This document shows positions 37,501-48,800 of a stretch of 64,000 bases of DNA, in pieces. The number at the start of each line of letters is the position of its first letter. The first letter of the stretch is position 1. Under the pieces are notes generated by a model. It searched no databases and had not been told where the DNA came from. It worked only from the letters and a program-made list of their open reading frames with translations. Origin of the DNA: Tubiluchus corallicola (Eukaryota > Animalia > Priapulida); contig JAQGDQ010000092.1 in the NCBI GenBank assembly GCA_030141605.1, positions 434,001-498,000 of the forward strand, written 5' to 3'. The position numbers and the translations under genes are program-made.

Positions 37501-40500
37501 CCCTGTAGTCAGTAGGAAGCAGCTGAGCCTTAAGAGTGTCTCGCAAAAGCTTACCTTGGTAACAAAAATAAATGCTAAAACTAACTGTTTGCAGCTAAAA
37601 TTGACAATTAATATTTTTTTGCTGAATAGATGTTAAAAATAAAGGTGACACAAGTGAGCAGCTTGTGCTTATGTGAGGCATATACTGTATTAATTAGGGT
37701 GAAGGGTTTTTTGTACTGTACTTTGTCAAACATACATGCTTGCAACAGGCTGCAGCATAATAAAACTGATGTTTATTAAGATCACTTATTGCTGGTCTCG
37801 TGGTGGTTTTATTAAGCGACGACTACTGTAATATTAAGTTCTATCATGCTTTAGGAGGATCTAACAACAGAGACTCTGGAGAAACAGTTTGAAATTGTTA
37901 AACAGGAAACTAACACAAGTCATGTAATGGAGTACGGTGATTTGGTAAGGCTAATTATTATTTTCACATACCTGAATTATACTTAGCTGATATAAATATC
38001 CACACTGATGAAGTGGAAAGTGTGCTTGGCAGTCTCCATGGAGATGAAAGGAAACATGGTCTAAATTACAATTTTATTTTTGCCTCACTTCCACAATAGT
38101 GAAATGTCAGGGTTAGTGGTGATTGGAGAGTGATTTGATACACACGCATATGTAGTGTGAACGGCTCTGGGCCGTCTGAGTTTGGTAATTGCTGTGAGTG
38201 CTTTCATGTGTCATATTGATTTATCCAGATATCGCTAAGACACTTCTGCCAGCTTGGCGGCACCTCTTAGAGGTATAGCCTTGATAACAAGCAATGCTAC
38301 AGTTATGCCACAAACAATCGAGTTGAGTAGGTCCAGCTTTTGAATGCTGGATTCTGGCTTTTTGTGTACCAAACTGTATAAAAAAGGCAGTAGCTAGAAA
38401 GTGGCTGATGTTAATTTCGCTAAATCTGGTTCAGCTACTCCCTTTGGATTTTTCTGCATGTCTTCAATGTAAGATGAGATTAAGAAAAGACAGCGTTAGG
38501 GAGACTGGTCAAGGTCATGGACATCAGGCATCACCAAAGCTAGCTACGCCATTTACCATCACATTTCTGTTAAAGGCATGGGAAATCTCTGATCAGTGGT
38601 CCTGGTGGCTGTAAAGTGTAAAGTGGCTGATTTGCACATCAAACTGAAAAAATCTTGAACATTTGTGTCTCACAGAAGATGACGAACCGATGAACAAATA
38701 AGGTTAAGAATAGTCACTACTTGGCCATTATAATAAGAGCTCTCTGTCTTACTTTCTAAGTAACAGTTTCAACAGTTGTGAATTTTGTCATGAGAAATTT
38801 GTAGATTTAATTTAAAACAAGTCAATTTCACAGTACACTACTACTAAGTAAATTGCTGTGTTACTGACATTGTGTTGTAACAATTACTTTGCAGACGATG
38901 GGTGACCTTACAGTGGTACAATTTCAAGGCGACAATCCATCAAAGATAAAGAAGACTATTAAACAGAAACGTCCACGAACTCCTGTAAGTTTGAAGCTGT
39001 CCATAGATAATTTATCCGATTATTTGTTTTATCGCCAAGTTTTGTTTTATTACCTGCGCAGAGCCATTGTTTGAAATACCCAGATGTACCACCTGAAAAC
39101 TAGAGCAACAATGTTAATTAATACCTGCAAATGTTTTTTTTGTTAACAATAAACACTCTACATATTGAATGAAGAACAAAATCATTAAATATAAGAAATT
39201 AGCAGTATAATGTTGATGCTAATTTTCTATGCATTATTCTCATTCGCAGCTCATGGATTCCATTTGTTGTTAACAATAACAATGTGCAAATGTATGCATA
39301 TGTGTGGTGTCACATCACACCTCGCCCCAGTAATAACCTATACTGGTCTCACCACACTACAATGTATAATCTACATTGACCACCTCACAACAGTACTAAT
39401 CCGCTATTTACAACAACCAGACCACTACAACAATGACACACTACAACAACAACCAAACCATGTCATACATCACGCTGCACCACACCACACCATAATAACC
39501 ATGCCACTCACTGCTGATGTCTCTTACAGGCTATTTGGTGTAGTAATTTGCTCGACCAATTTAAGTGACCACTGGGTTTCTTTTTCAAATTGCCACATAG
39601 CCATAACAGCATAATAACAAACCACATTGTAAAAAATACGACTGTTGCACATAATATATTGTCACTACATTGCATTTAATCAATAATTGGGTTTTGTAAC
39701 CATCTCATTTTAGTATTTTCTGGAACTTATATTCATAATTAAAAGTGGCTTTGCAGTACTCTACAAATGTTTATCAACTTCTAATAAGTTGTATTAAAAA
39801 TTACATTCATTTTTTAAATGAAGTCAATAAAGAGTCTAGGATATGTACCTCAAAAAGAAGTAACCTGCATATAATTCACGCTAGAACAACTCATACATTT
39901 TATTTGCTCCAGACTGATTCAGTTCCAGCACCAGATGTAAAACTTGCTATTCTGCGTAAACGACTGGAGAAGACTACAAGTGATGTGGAAAGACGTCAGA
40001 TTCACAAGCTTATCAAGGAAGAGTTGCATGTAAGACACTAATGAACTAATTCTTTCAGGCTAGGGAGGCATTGGTAGACTTTATATTAAAGAACGTGTTT
40101 AGTAATTTTTAATATATAGCTCGAAATTTTTCTTAAAGTTCTGCGTGAATTGCATGTAGGCATACTGTATCATGCAGAGAAACTTTTTCAAGTAGTGCTG
40201 TGTAAAAAATCAAAGTTTGATCTCCTGTGATTACAGTTAGAAGCCATCATCTTAATAGTCACATGTTTGTTAAGAAATGAAAGTGAGTTTTTATTAGTGC
40301 ATTTCATTTTGTAAAAGACAGGAAAAAGGTAGAAATGCACAAATCATTGGTTTAACAAAATTTATGTCATTTCATGAACATGACTGTTAATTTTTGTAAA
40401 CTACTGGTACATGCCAGCATCATAAAACACTGACGTCATGGTAGCTTCTTGTCCTTTTTCAAATAACTAAATGTTTTCCATTCTGTTTAAATAGGTAAAT

Positions 40501-41462
40501 CTTTCAAAAGGAGAATTTGCTTTGAATTGCTCTTTAAAATGCCTCCATTCTTTTTCTGTTGCTAGTTGTGTGCAAGCCTTTTCCAATTACCCAGATAGGT
40601 AACCAAAGAAAAGTGAATGTTTTCAGTTTGGTTTTGGTACATACAAACTCAAATTCAGCAAGTCTCTTGTAAGGTCATTGCTGTCGTGCTGATACAACAG
40701 TTGGTACTATAGGTCGTCCATTTTAAATACATAATATGTTGATGTTTTTTCAGCTAAGAGAAGCCATTAGCGAGACGATGAAAAAAATTGTTGGATATTC
40801 AACTGACGATCCGGTACAAGCAGAGAGAATTCTGAATGGTCGTCGTACTCTGTACAGCCGTGATTGTTATGAACCAGTTATGCACCATTTCAGCCGCAAC
40901 TGCTATGCACTACATAAGGTAGGACAAATCAGTTTTTCAGCTCATTGTGCACTATAAGATTAGCTGTTTTTTCAGCTCATCGCTTTTCTCGTAATAGTTG
41001 TTTTGTTAGTTTATGACAACATTTATAGGCTGGTAAATTAATATCAATGTGAGCCACTGTTAAATTATGTATAATGTCTTAATTATGAGATATTTATTGG
41101 TTGTTTTAGTTATCCCATAATCAGTTGATTTAGATTCTCTGAATAACAAGATTGGAATTTGGATATCTCAATATTTGTTTTCATTGTTTCGCAACTGCAT
41201 GCGAACTGCATCTCTTCGTTGAGGCATTCTGCACTCTCATTGATATGCCACTACTACATTTTCAAGAAAGTCATTTACTCTTTGAAGTTCATCTTTTTTA
41301 GTCATAACCTTAGAAATGTAAGGTAACATGAAATAATTCAAACCTTTCTTATTTCAGTATGAGCATGCTTTACGCCACCTTTACAAACTGGTTAATCTTT
41401 GCGAAGAACCCGTACCAACGTTCACCATTCTGGAGGCCATTGACAAAGCTTGTCTCCTTTAA
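28369..41462 (+). CDS. LGMN: Legumain (asparaginyl endopeptidase, peptidase C13), 434 aa, whole gene span
   Basis: Thirteen exons join in frame through GT-AG introns (1305 nt). Signal peptide, [18 protein letters not shown], catalytic His in FADHG, catalytic Cys in [11 protein letters not shown], and a C-terminal prodomain ending [16 protein letters not shown]...ACLL*. Confidence 0.97.
29150..29397 (-). mobile_element. Degenerate SINE-like copy with 5S-like segment, in legumain intron 1
   Basis: Minus strand GAACTTAAGCAACATCGAGCCTGGTCAGTA, plus body and tail matching 55660-55840. Confidence 0.6.
29461..29558 (+). CDS. LGMN: Legumain coding exon 2a (98 nt)
   Basis: TTTTAG|[32 protein letters not shown](E)|GTATGT. 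Confidence 0.95.
30332..30429 (+). CDS. LGMN: Legumain coding exon 2b (98 nt), duplicated alternative exon
   Basis: TTTTTCAG|[32 protein letters not shown](E)|GTAAGG. Same length and phases as 2a. Confidence 0.85.
31159..31240 (+). CDS. LGMN: Legumain coding exon 3
   Basis: [31 protein letters not shown] bounded. Confidence 0.95.
32090..32607. repeat. Imperfect inverted-repeat (MITE-like) element in legumain intron 3
   Basis: GTATGAG...CTCATAC ends. TTAAGTGTACCACAG (about 32267) is the inverse of CTGTGGTACACTTAA (about 32530). Confidence 0.45.
32764..32849 (+). CDS. LGMN: Legumain coding exon 4
   Basis: [28 protein letters not shown](S). Confidence 0.95.
33471..33546 (+). CDS. LGMN: Legumain coding exon 5 (catalytic His)
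   Basis: [25 protein letters not shown]. Confidence 0.95.
33769..34327 (+). mobile_element. TTAA-flanked MITE in legumain intron 5
   Basis: TTAAAGGAAAGGCCAAG...GACTTGTTCTTTAA, collinear with 10159-10580 plus about 130 bp of extra internal sequence. Confidence 0.75.
34533..34595 (+). CDS. LGMN: Legumain coding exon 6
   Basis: [21 protein letters not shown]. Confidence 0.93.
35758..35827 (+). CDS. LGMN: Legumain coding exon 7 (catalytic Cys)
   Basis: [23 protein letters not shown]. Confidence 0.96.
36636..36754 (+). CDS. LGMN: Legumain coding exon 8
   Basis: (V)[39 protein letters not shown]. Confidence 0.96.
37855..37944 (+). CDS. LGMN: Legumain coding exon 9
   Basis: [30 protein letters not shown]. 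Confidence 0.95.
38200..38386 (+). mobile_element. 3' part of the SINE-like family
   Basis: Tail TGAATGCTGGATTCTGGCTTTTTGTGTACCAAACTGTATAAAA matches 55823-55859. Confidence 0.45.
38895..38984 (+). CDS. LGMN: Legumain coding exon 10
   Basis: [30 protein letters not shown]. Confidence 0.93.
39913..40029 (+). CDS. LGMN: Legumain coding exon 11
   Basis: [39 protein letters not shown]. Confidence 0.93.
40754..40918 (+). CDS. LGMN: Legumain coding exon 12
   Basis: [13 protein letters not shown]...[19 protein letters not shown]. Confidence 0.93.
41358..41462 (+). CDS. LGMN: Legumain coding exon 13 (stop)
   Basis: [34 protein letters not shown]. Candidate AATAAA signals at about 42707 and 42740. 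Confidence 0.94.
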   Translation, partial: YEHALRHLYKLVNLCEEPVPTFTILEAIDKACLL

Positions 41463-43543
41463 AAAGTGAACTTTAGCTATTGATGAAATAAGTTTATCAG
41501 ATTGTGATAAATGCAAATATTTTTGTGCTAAATATACACTGTAATCATGATAAGCATATGAGTTGTTATTAATATTTTTTATATTCCAATAATCAGCTTA
41601 ATGTTCCGCGTTTATGCAATTATTTTTTATATAATATCGCATTTGTTACATAAACAGCTTTTCATACATATTTTGATGATCTTGTAATTGTGATTGCAGG
41701 TGACAGATAGGAAAAAATGAGGAAGATATCTACTTTAATTGCCTTTCAATAATTACAGTATTGGGTATTTAAAGTTTCATGATTAAAATTCAAAATGAGG
41801 TTTTACAATTAAAATATATATTGGGAAATGTTTTTAACTGTTTCACCAAACTGAATTAATAGAAGCGAAATACTCGCCTATATTTTGCTTTTGGCTGAAT
41901 ATACGGTAGGCACCGTTTATGAATCAATATTTTTCCTTCACTCAAAATAAGATACTTGTGTGTCCCAAAGAGTTTTTACTACTTTTATATTATCCTTACA
42001 TCGATTCCGTGCACTATAATATTTGTAGAACAGCTTTGTTTGTAAGCAGTACAGTACGTTTAACAGTTTATTATATGTACTAATATGTTACCTTAGTGGT
42101 TTTGCTTTGAATCTGTCACCCGCTTATTCGCTGCAATTAACCTGCTCGTTTCTGGAAGCTAAGCATTTAATCTTTTGCCTAGCGGTTTGCTTTTGAAGCT
42201 CCTTCTCAAGCTCTTCATCAACAACAGCTCAAACACTAGGTGACTAAGTGTTTTGGGTGAATATGTGCAGCATACAGCAACAGATTTTTAACGTTTTTAT
42301 CAATATAAGAATTTCATAAACCAACTTTTTCGTGAACAAATGAAGCAACCAACCTTGCATGAATTTTTATAATTTTTAATGGTAATAATCAGATTTTTGT
42401 GATCTTTACTTTTTTATTAATTCAATTATCTAAATTATGCTTCTCAAATAATTGCACGTAGGTATTTTTCACAGTAATTCGTTTCTAAAATTCATTTAAA
42501 GACTTCGCGATGCATACTAAACTGATAAGTGATGACTCATATTTGTATAGTAGTAATGTGCCTACTGTACATGTAAATTTGTAGAATGTAAGCACGTTCA
42601 TTATTGACATTCTTACATAATTGTATGTAATTTTCAAGAGTCGATTTTACTTTGTATTTTTGTAGCGATGAGATGTATGAGTTATGTGATAGATTTACAA
42701 TTTTAAAATAAATTTTTTTGTGTGATAATTATCATTTATAATAAAACTTACCTAACTGTTAGTATATTCAGTTTTTATATTATGAACTGTAGTCCATTCA
42801 CACTTTGAGTAACTAATTGTTTCTGGTTTGGACTTTTTCAAAAAGAATGCCCAACATTTAAAGACATAATTGTGCAAAATGTAGATTAGTACTTACTCTT
42901 ATTGTGACTGACAGTTTGAATGCAATGGTCAATTAGACATGAATTAAATATGTTACAAACACTACTTGATAGAACAAGAATCACCATACCATCCCTTGCA
43001 ACTACAAAATATGTAAAAATTATCGATTTTGACACTTGAAAACCGGTAGGGCCTACATAATTTTCTGTTAAAATCTTTTATATAGCCAGTAATGTTTTTT
43101 TAAGACTGAATTCTTTTCAACTTCAAAAACAATCTTTAACACAGATTTTATTGGGATTAGTTTAATTCATACAGAATATAGAGCATGGAAGTAAACTTTT
43201 ACAAAATTCTTTATAAACACTACTAACTCCAACCAATCTATTAAATTTAATTCTATGTGGAAATGATAATAATCAGCTATACTAATAAATGATAAAATCG
43301 TTGATGACATGAGGTGACGCCAATCGCCCAGTATAAAGTATACTGATACAGTATTAGATCGTAATTGTGTGTCACATTGATCTGTGGTTAAACTTTGTTG
43401 TTCTCGATTAAAATATGTTTTTCTAAAAATTAATTGAAAAGAAGTGGGCAAATTTTTTCTTATGTTAAGATTGAAATAAGTTATTTTTGTCACTTCTGTA
43501 GTTATGATTATAATTTTAATATAGTTAGCCAGTAATTCCACAG

Positions 43544-45024
43544 TAGGGGTAAGCATTCTCTACCAGAAAGCGAATTCGAATCCAATTTGCGACTTTCGGA
43601 TTTGAAAGAGTCAAATTTCAGTATTTCGAATTCGAATTGAGTTCCAAAGATTTTTGAACAAGTTTTCGAATCAGTAGTAATTTCAATCCAATTTCAATTT
43701 TCATTTTATTACACAAATACAATAGTGTATCATGGCAAAAAATTAAAATTACAAAAAAAATTAAGGTACAAGAACAATTTCAAAATATAACAAATACAAT
43801 TATGCAAGAATGTAATTATGCAGTTATGCAATAGAATGCAATTATGCAAGAACAATTTCAAAATATAACAAAAACAATTATCCAATGCTGCAAGAACATG
43901 AGTTCCACAATTTACTTAAATAGCCTACTTAAATCTAATAAGAAAATATGCGCCCTTATGAAATAATATCTTATGCTACAATTACAAAGAACCAGTAAAA
44001 ATACAAAACCTAAATAATTAAAATAATCACAATCGAGATTAATTTATACAATCACAGCATAATGTTTATCCAGCACTCACAGATTACCACCAAGACATAA
44101 CTGCCCTTTTTATCACATTCATTTAAGTAGTTTCCAAAGTGAATAAGGTCTTCTGGGTTTATATTTAGAAAAAGCCACATTACTCAGTATACAGTACCTT
44201 TTTGTAAAGGTAGATCATGTATTTTGTGCTCATATTTTTGTCTAATATTTTCATACAATGGAGAAGTAAAAAGGTAATGTAATTCGTTTTCTACTAATTT
44301 TGAGCTATTGTTGTGACAGTATTGACAAAGCCTTTCATCCTCTTTTTTATTTTTATATCTACCGCGTTCTATTTCCGGGTCACGGTCACTCGTGCGTAAT
44401 TTTGTAGTCTTTTGTCTCTGTTTCTTTTTAGAAAATTTTTTAAATAATCTTCTAATTCATAATTGATTTTTACATGTCTATAAAATCTTAGTTTGTTTTT
44501 GCCACCATTTTGTCTAGTGTCATTATGTAGCTCTGTAAAAAATAGTTTTCTGTGGTCTGACTTGGGTTTATTTTCGAATTCCTTTAATTTGCGATTCAGA
44601 CACATTTTATCAATTTCATCTACACCATGTGTTTGAAATCCTGGAAAATTTGCCCATTTTGTACAAAGCTGCTTCACTTCTTCATGAGACTGGTAACTAT
44701 GCACATTTTGAAATAATGTATTCCTTGGCTTTACATGTGTCATTACTAGATATTTGTGAAGAATTGTTGATGCTTTAATTGTAAAGAGTGGTCTCACAAA
44801 GATCATGCATATTATTTGATTCTGTTCTGCGATAGAACAACTATCAGTTTGTTTAAAAATTTTGTGCAAAAACTGTAGCTAAATTGTCCTAATTGCATGC
44901 TGTTTCAAACATTCTAATGATAAAGAACATACGTGAATGTAGTGCTGAATTATTCGAATCTACAATTTTAGGTTCGAATCCAATTCGAACTTGATTCGAA
45001 CACAAACGTTCGATGCTCACCCTA
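43544..45024. mobile_element. hAT-like non-autonomous element split by a LINE insertion
   Basis: Ends TAGGGGTAAGCAT and ATGCTCACCCTA, with TTCGAA-rich subterminal arrays at 43570-43670 and 44950-45012. No clean TSD. Confidence 0.55.
43681..44900 (-). mobile_element. LINE ORF2 C-terminus and 3' UTR (5'-truncated, L2/CR1 group-like)
   Basis: ORF 44369-44869 contains NKLRFYRHVKINYELEDYL. After a frameshift it continues RGRYKNKKEDERLCQYC...VENELHYLF. Tail AATAAA plus (TTGAAA)-like repeats at about 43681-43710 on the minus strand. Confidence 0.85.
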
Positions 45025-45029
45025 ACTCA

Positions 45030-45193
45030 GCAGGTTCAACCAGTGTTCTGTATCGACGCCTAGAATAAAAGTGCGAAAAAAGCTGAGCAAGTTTCCGCGG
45101 CTTGCTACAAATTTGCGATCAGCTGTTCGCGGTTTGCGTCATTTCTGCATTTGCGGTTTGCGTCATGTTTGGGATTTTGGGTGGCTGAATAAT
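45030..45193 (+). promoter_or_regulatory. Probable GTPBP2 promoter and non-coding first exon
   Basis: CpG-rich, with a duplicated GCGGTTTGCGTCAT motif. Donor AAT|GTAAGT at 45193/45194. Confidence 0.55.
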
Positions 45194-45686
45194 GTAAGTT
45201 TTCTCCTTTGCACGCAATCGTTTAGCAGACTTAATAGACTTGATTTTAGTAATTCTCTTCAGTTCTTAGCAAGCATCATGTGTCAAAACTACAAACCTTT
45301 ATAGTAAGGTGTGACTGTTAAGTGATGACCAAGTCTCGAACTGCTGTTTGCTCAGGCTGTTTTATGTATACAAATAAACGCGGAGTTTGAATTTTTTTTA
45401 TCAGATATTGAACCCTTTTGCATGTTTTTAGATTCTTGCTGAAGCTTGGTTGTGGTGAATGCGACAGGTGCAGCTCACTAAGTGATCAAATGACTTCAAA
45501 ATTAGCTTACTATTGTACCATGTAAGTTGTAGTACTAGTAGTACTAAATCATCAATGATGCTATGGTTAAGGACTACATGAAGTTTGATTTGCAGTACCG
45601 ACAGCCATTGTGGTAATAATAAGCACTGGCGTATGCTGAAATGTAGATGAAGATTGTTACCAATAAGTATAACTACAGAAATCAAT

Positions 45687-45809
45687 ATGGAAAAAGAAGC
45701 CACACCGAGCACGCCTGTTTTAACATCGTGCACGCCAGCTCAGCTGTTTCAGGGTTTACAGTCACCCAGCAGTCCCACAGCTAGACTTCCAGAAAGCCTG
45801 CCACCAGAG
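45687..45809 (+). CDS. GTPBP2: GTPBP2 coding exon 1
   Basis: [10 protein letters not shown]...RLPESLPPE|GTGATT. In-frame stop upstream at 45648. Confidence 0.85.
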
Positions 45810-48800
45810 GTGATTATGATTATTTGAACACTGCATGATATTAAATACGTACATGTGATTTTTTTGTGTTACTGCAAGGCCAGTTAAAAAATGAAAGCCC
45901 ATTATAGTACTTAGTATAGTAAACTTAACATTTAGTATTTTGTATTGTTTTAATATCTAGAGTAATCACTGCGCGAACTCTTGTGTTTTCTAGCCAGGCC
46001 ACTTACTATTGTTTTGTAGTTTTTTTCTAAGTCGGAAACAGTTGTCACAATTTTTATAGTCAATTTTCGTATATACAAAATGCATAAACTACATATAATA
46101 TTAAGTGATTGGCTGTTGATTAAATTTTGCTGCTTTTCTGTTTACAGGATGCAGAAGGAAATGTGGAGTATAAGGTAGTTTTATGATTTTTTAGGTTTAT
46201 AAATTGATAACACAAGTATAATATTTCAGGCCAGACAAGCTTTATAAAATGCAATGCCACTCTATTATGTTAATCTGTACTTTACTACCTGTATTCGTTT
46301 GTACCTTTTCATTGTTTGTTATAATACTTAGTGCTTATTTCCTTATTGACTTAGTTCATACCTACATCTCTGTTAGACATCCCATGAACATCTTTCTTTC
46401 AAATTCTCCCTAGCTTGATTATGTGTTTTTAAATGTATGTACGTGTAAACTGCATATTAATGAGCCTAAACGACGTTTTTCTCATTGTTTTGAAATTATG
46501 TAGTTAAAGCTCATAAACCCTAGCAGATTCAGGTTTGAACACCTGGTGACGCAGATGAAATGGAGGCTTCAGGAAGGTCATGGAGAAGCTATTTACGAAA
46601 TAGGAGTTGAAGACAGTGGCCTGATGGCAGGTCTCTCGGCAGCTGAGATGAGTGCATCTATCTGCACTCTCAGACGCATGGCAGACAAGTATGGTATCAC
46701 TCTGCATTCATTTCATTTATTGTCCATGTTGCTTATTGATACAAAGCAACCTGTTTGTAACCAGACTTTTAGAAATACAGTTTTGGCAAATTGGTGAAAA
46801 GACTTGCAAAATAATGTGTTCACTGCACCATGTTAACAACATTTACTGACCAACAAGGTTCAGAATTTTGTTAGTGTGTCCTTTTGTGTGTTGTGCTCCT
46901 GCAAGTAAATTATATACGATACTGCAAGCTTACAATTATTTAAAAATTGCTTACTCGTAAGTTCCTGTTTGTTTTTCATTACAGGCTGGGTGCAACATTG
47001 ACTATACTAAGGGAAAGGCAAATAGAAGTTGCTGATAAAGGTGAAGACGTCAAACACGCAGCTGAAATTCTAGTCAGAAAAGTACCTGATGATCAGCAGG
47101 TAAGTGGAGAGTGTCAGAATAGCTCTGGTATTCTGGTAGTCATCCTTATCATTGCTTTCAGACCAAAATCAAACAGTATACAACTTTGTGCAGGTTTGTT
47201 GAACACTTGTTTGATTTGATTTGAGTAGGAATTTGGTTTGTTTACTTTAGTTTATCGAGTTAAGAGTTGCAGTTCTGGGCAATGCAGATGCTGGGAAATC
47301 GACTCTGCTGGGCACCCTTACTCATGGTGAGCTTGACAATGGTCGAGGAAAAGCGCGCCTGAACGTGTTTAGACACTTACACGAGATTCAATCTGGTCGA
47401 ACGTCCAGTATCAGCCACGAAATACTAGGATTCGACAGCTCCGGTGATGTAAGTGCATAAAATTATCCAGTTACTGTTTAGTGATGTTTTTTCTAATGTT
47501 TAACGGTAATGCGCCATATGCAATCATGAAAGGGTTTGTATTAAGTTAATAGATGGGTTATTTGGTGAGTTAATGTTTGGCGTGCTGTTAGAAGTGAATT
47601 GGACCTTCCCTGATCGCAAGGGGTTTGTAGTTTAGCTGTCACTCTCTCAAGGCATTAGAGTTGTAATTCACAGTCTTTAGTTCACATAAACACTCAAAAT
47701 CCGATTTTTTTCATGTTTTTTCACCTAATTTGATTCCAAAAAATAGTAATTGTACAGTCATTCCATTATTGATTGTTTATTTTGAAATTAAGACTGCAAA
47801 TAATTGCCACATACTATTTAGTATTAGAAGTCACATTTAGTTTTGGAAATTTTAAAAATAGGGTCGAAGACAAAAACTTTTTTATTTGTTATAAGATTTT
47901 GATCGAATAGATACTAGTTAGGTAAGTCGGGGAAAATTGCTTTGCAGAAAATTTTATGCTGTTTAAAGTTGAAACTAACGTTTTGATTAATTTTTTACAT
48001 AAGCTCTAAAAAGCTGCAAATTAACAAACATACCTTACAATTTTGGCTAGTATTAAGTTTTCAAGACCCATTAATTTGTTATATTTTTTCAATATTAGGC
48101 AGATAACTTAAGATCTTATCAAAATTTGGAAAAATGTGGTTGTCAACTTACTTCTACTTCTAATTTTAGATTGTAAATTATACTGACTCGAGGACAGCAG
48201 AGGACATTTGTGAAAATTCAACTAAGCTCATAACATTCGTAGATTTAGCAGGTCACCATAAATACCTACGAACTACTATATCTGGACTGACCGCATACGC
48301 ACCAGATTTTGTCATGCTTGTGATAAGTGCTAATACTGGAATTGGTAAACTCTTGTTTTACTGTTTTGTAATATTATGTATGTAAAATGCAGTGCTTCAC
48401 AAATTATGAAATGTGAAAATTGTGAAAATGAGACGTTAATGGCTAAATTTGAATCTTATATGATGTCTCTACTAGCTTTTCTTTCTCAGTAGAAGTTTTG
48501 CCATCAAAAATAACAGTTTTTCCAAGTAGTTGTTAAGAACATGGACAAAAGAAGACAAGGAATTAAGGCAGGAAATTAGTAACAAACTGAACCAGGATTT
48601 TCATCAATACTCTCATTCTGATTGGGCTGCTACAACACAGCTGCTGCAGAAAAGCTATTTTCTCCTTTATCAACAGCATATAACATTGAAACACACATTT
48701 GTATTTTTAACTTGGAACCTTAATTTTAACTATAAATACCAGATTTATGCTGGTGAGTCTAGTTTGTAATCAGAACAAAGAAACTGGAGTCCAGCATATA

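Noticed and set aside
44369-44869. 166-aa ORF as a host gene
   Set aside because: It is a LINE ORF2 C-terminal remnant continued through a frameshift.
43570-45012. TTCGAA arrays as heat-shock elements
   Set aside because: The spacing does not fit nGAAnnTTCn, and they are better explained as transposon subterminal repeats.
46148-46174. 27-nt GTPBP2 exon as a novel micro-exon
   Set aside because: It encodes the conserved EGNVEYK motif and looks constitutive.
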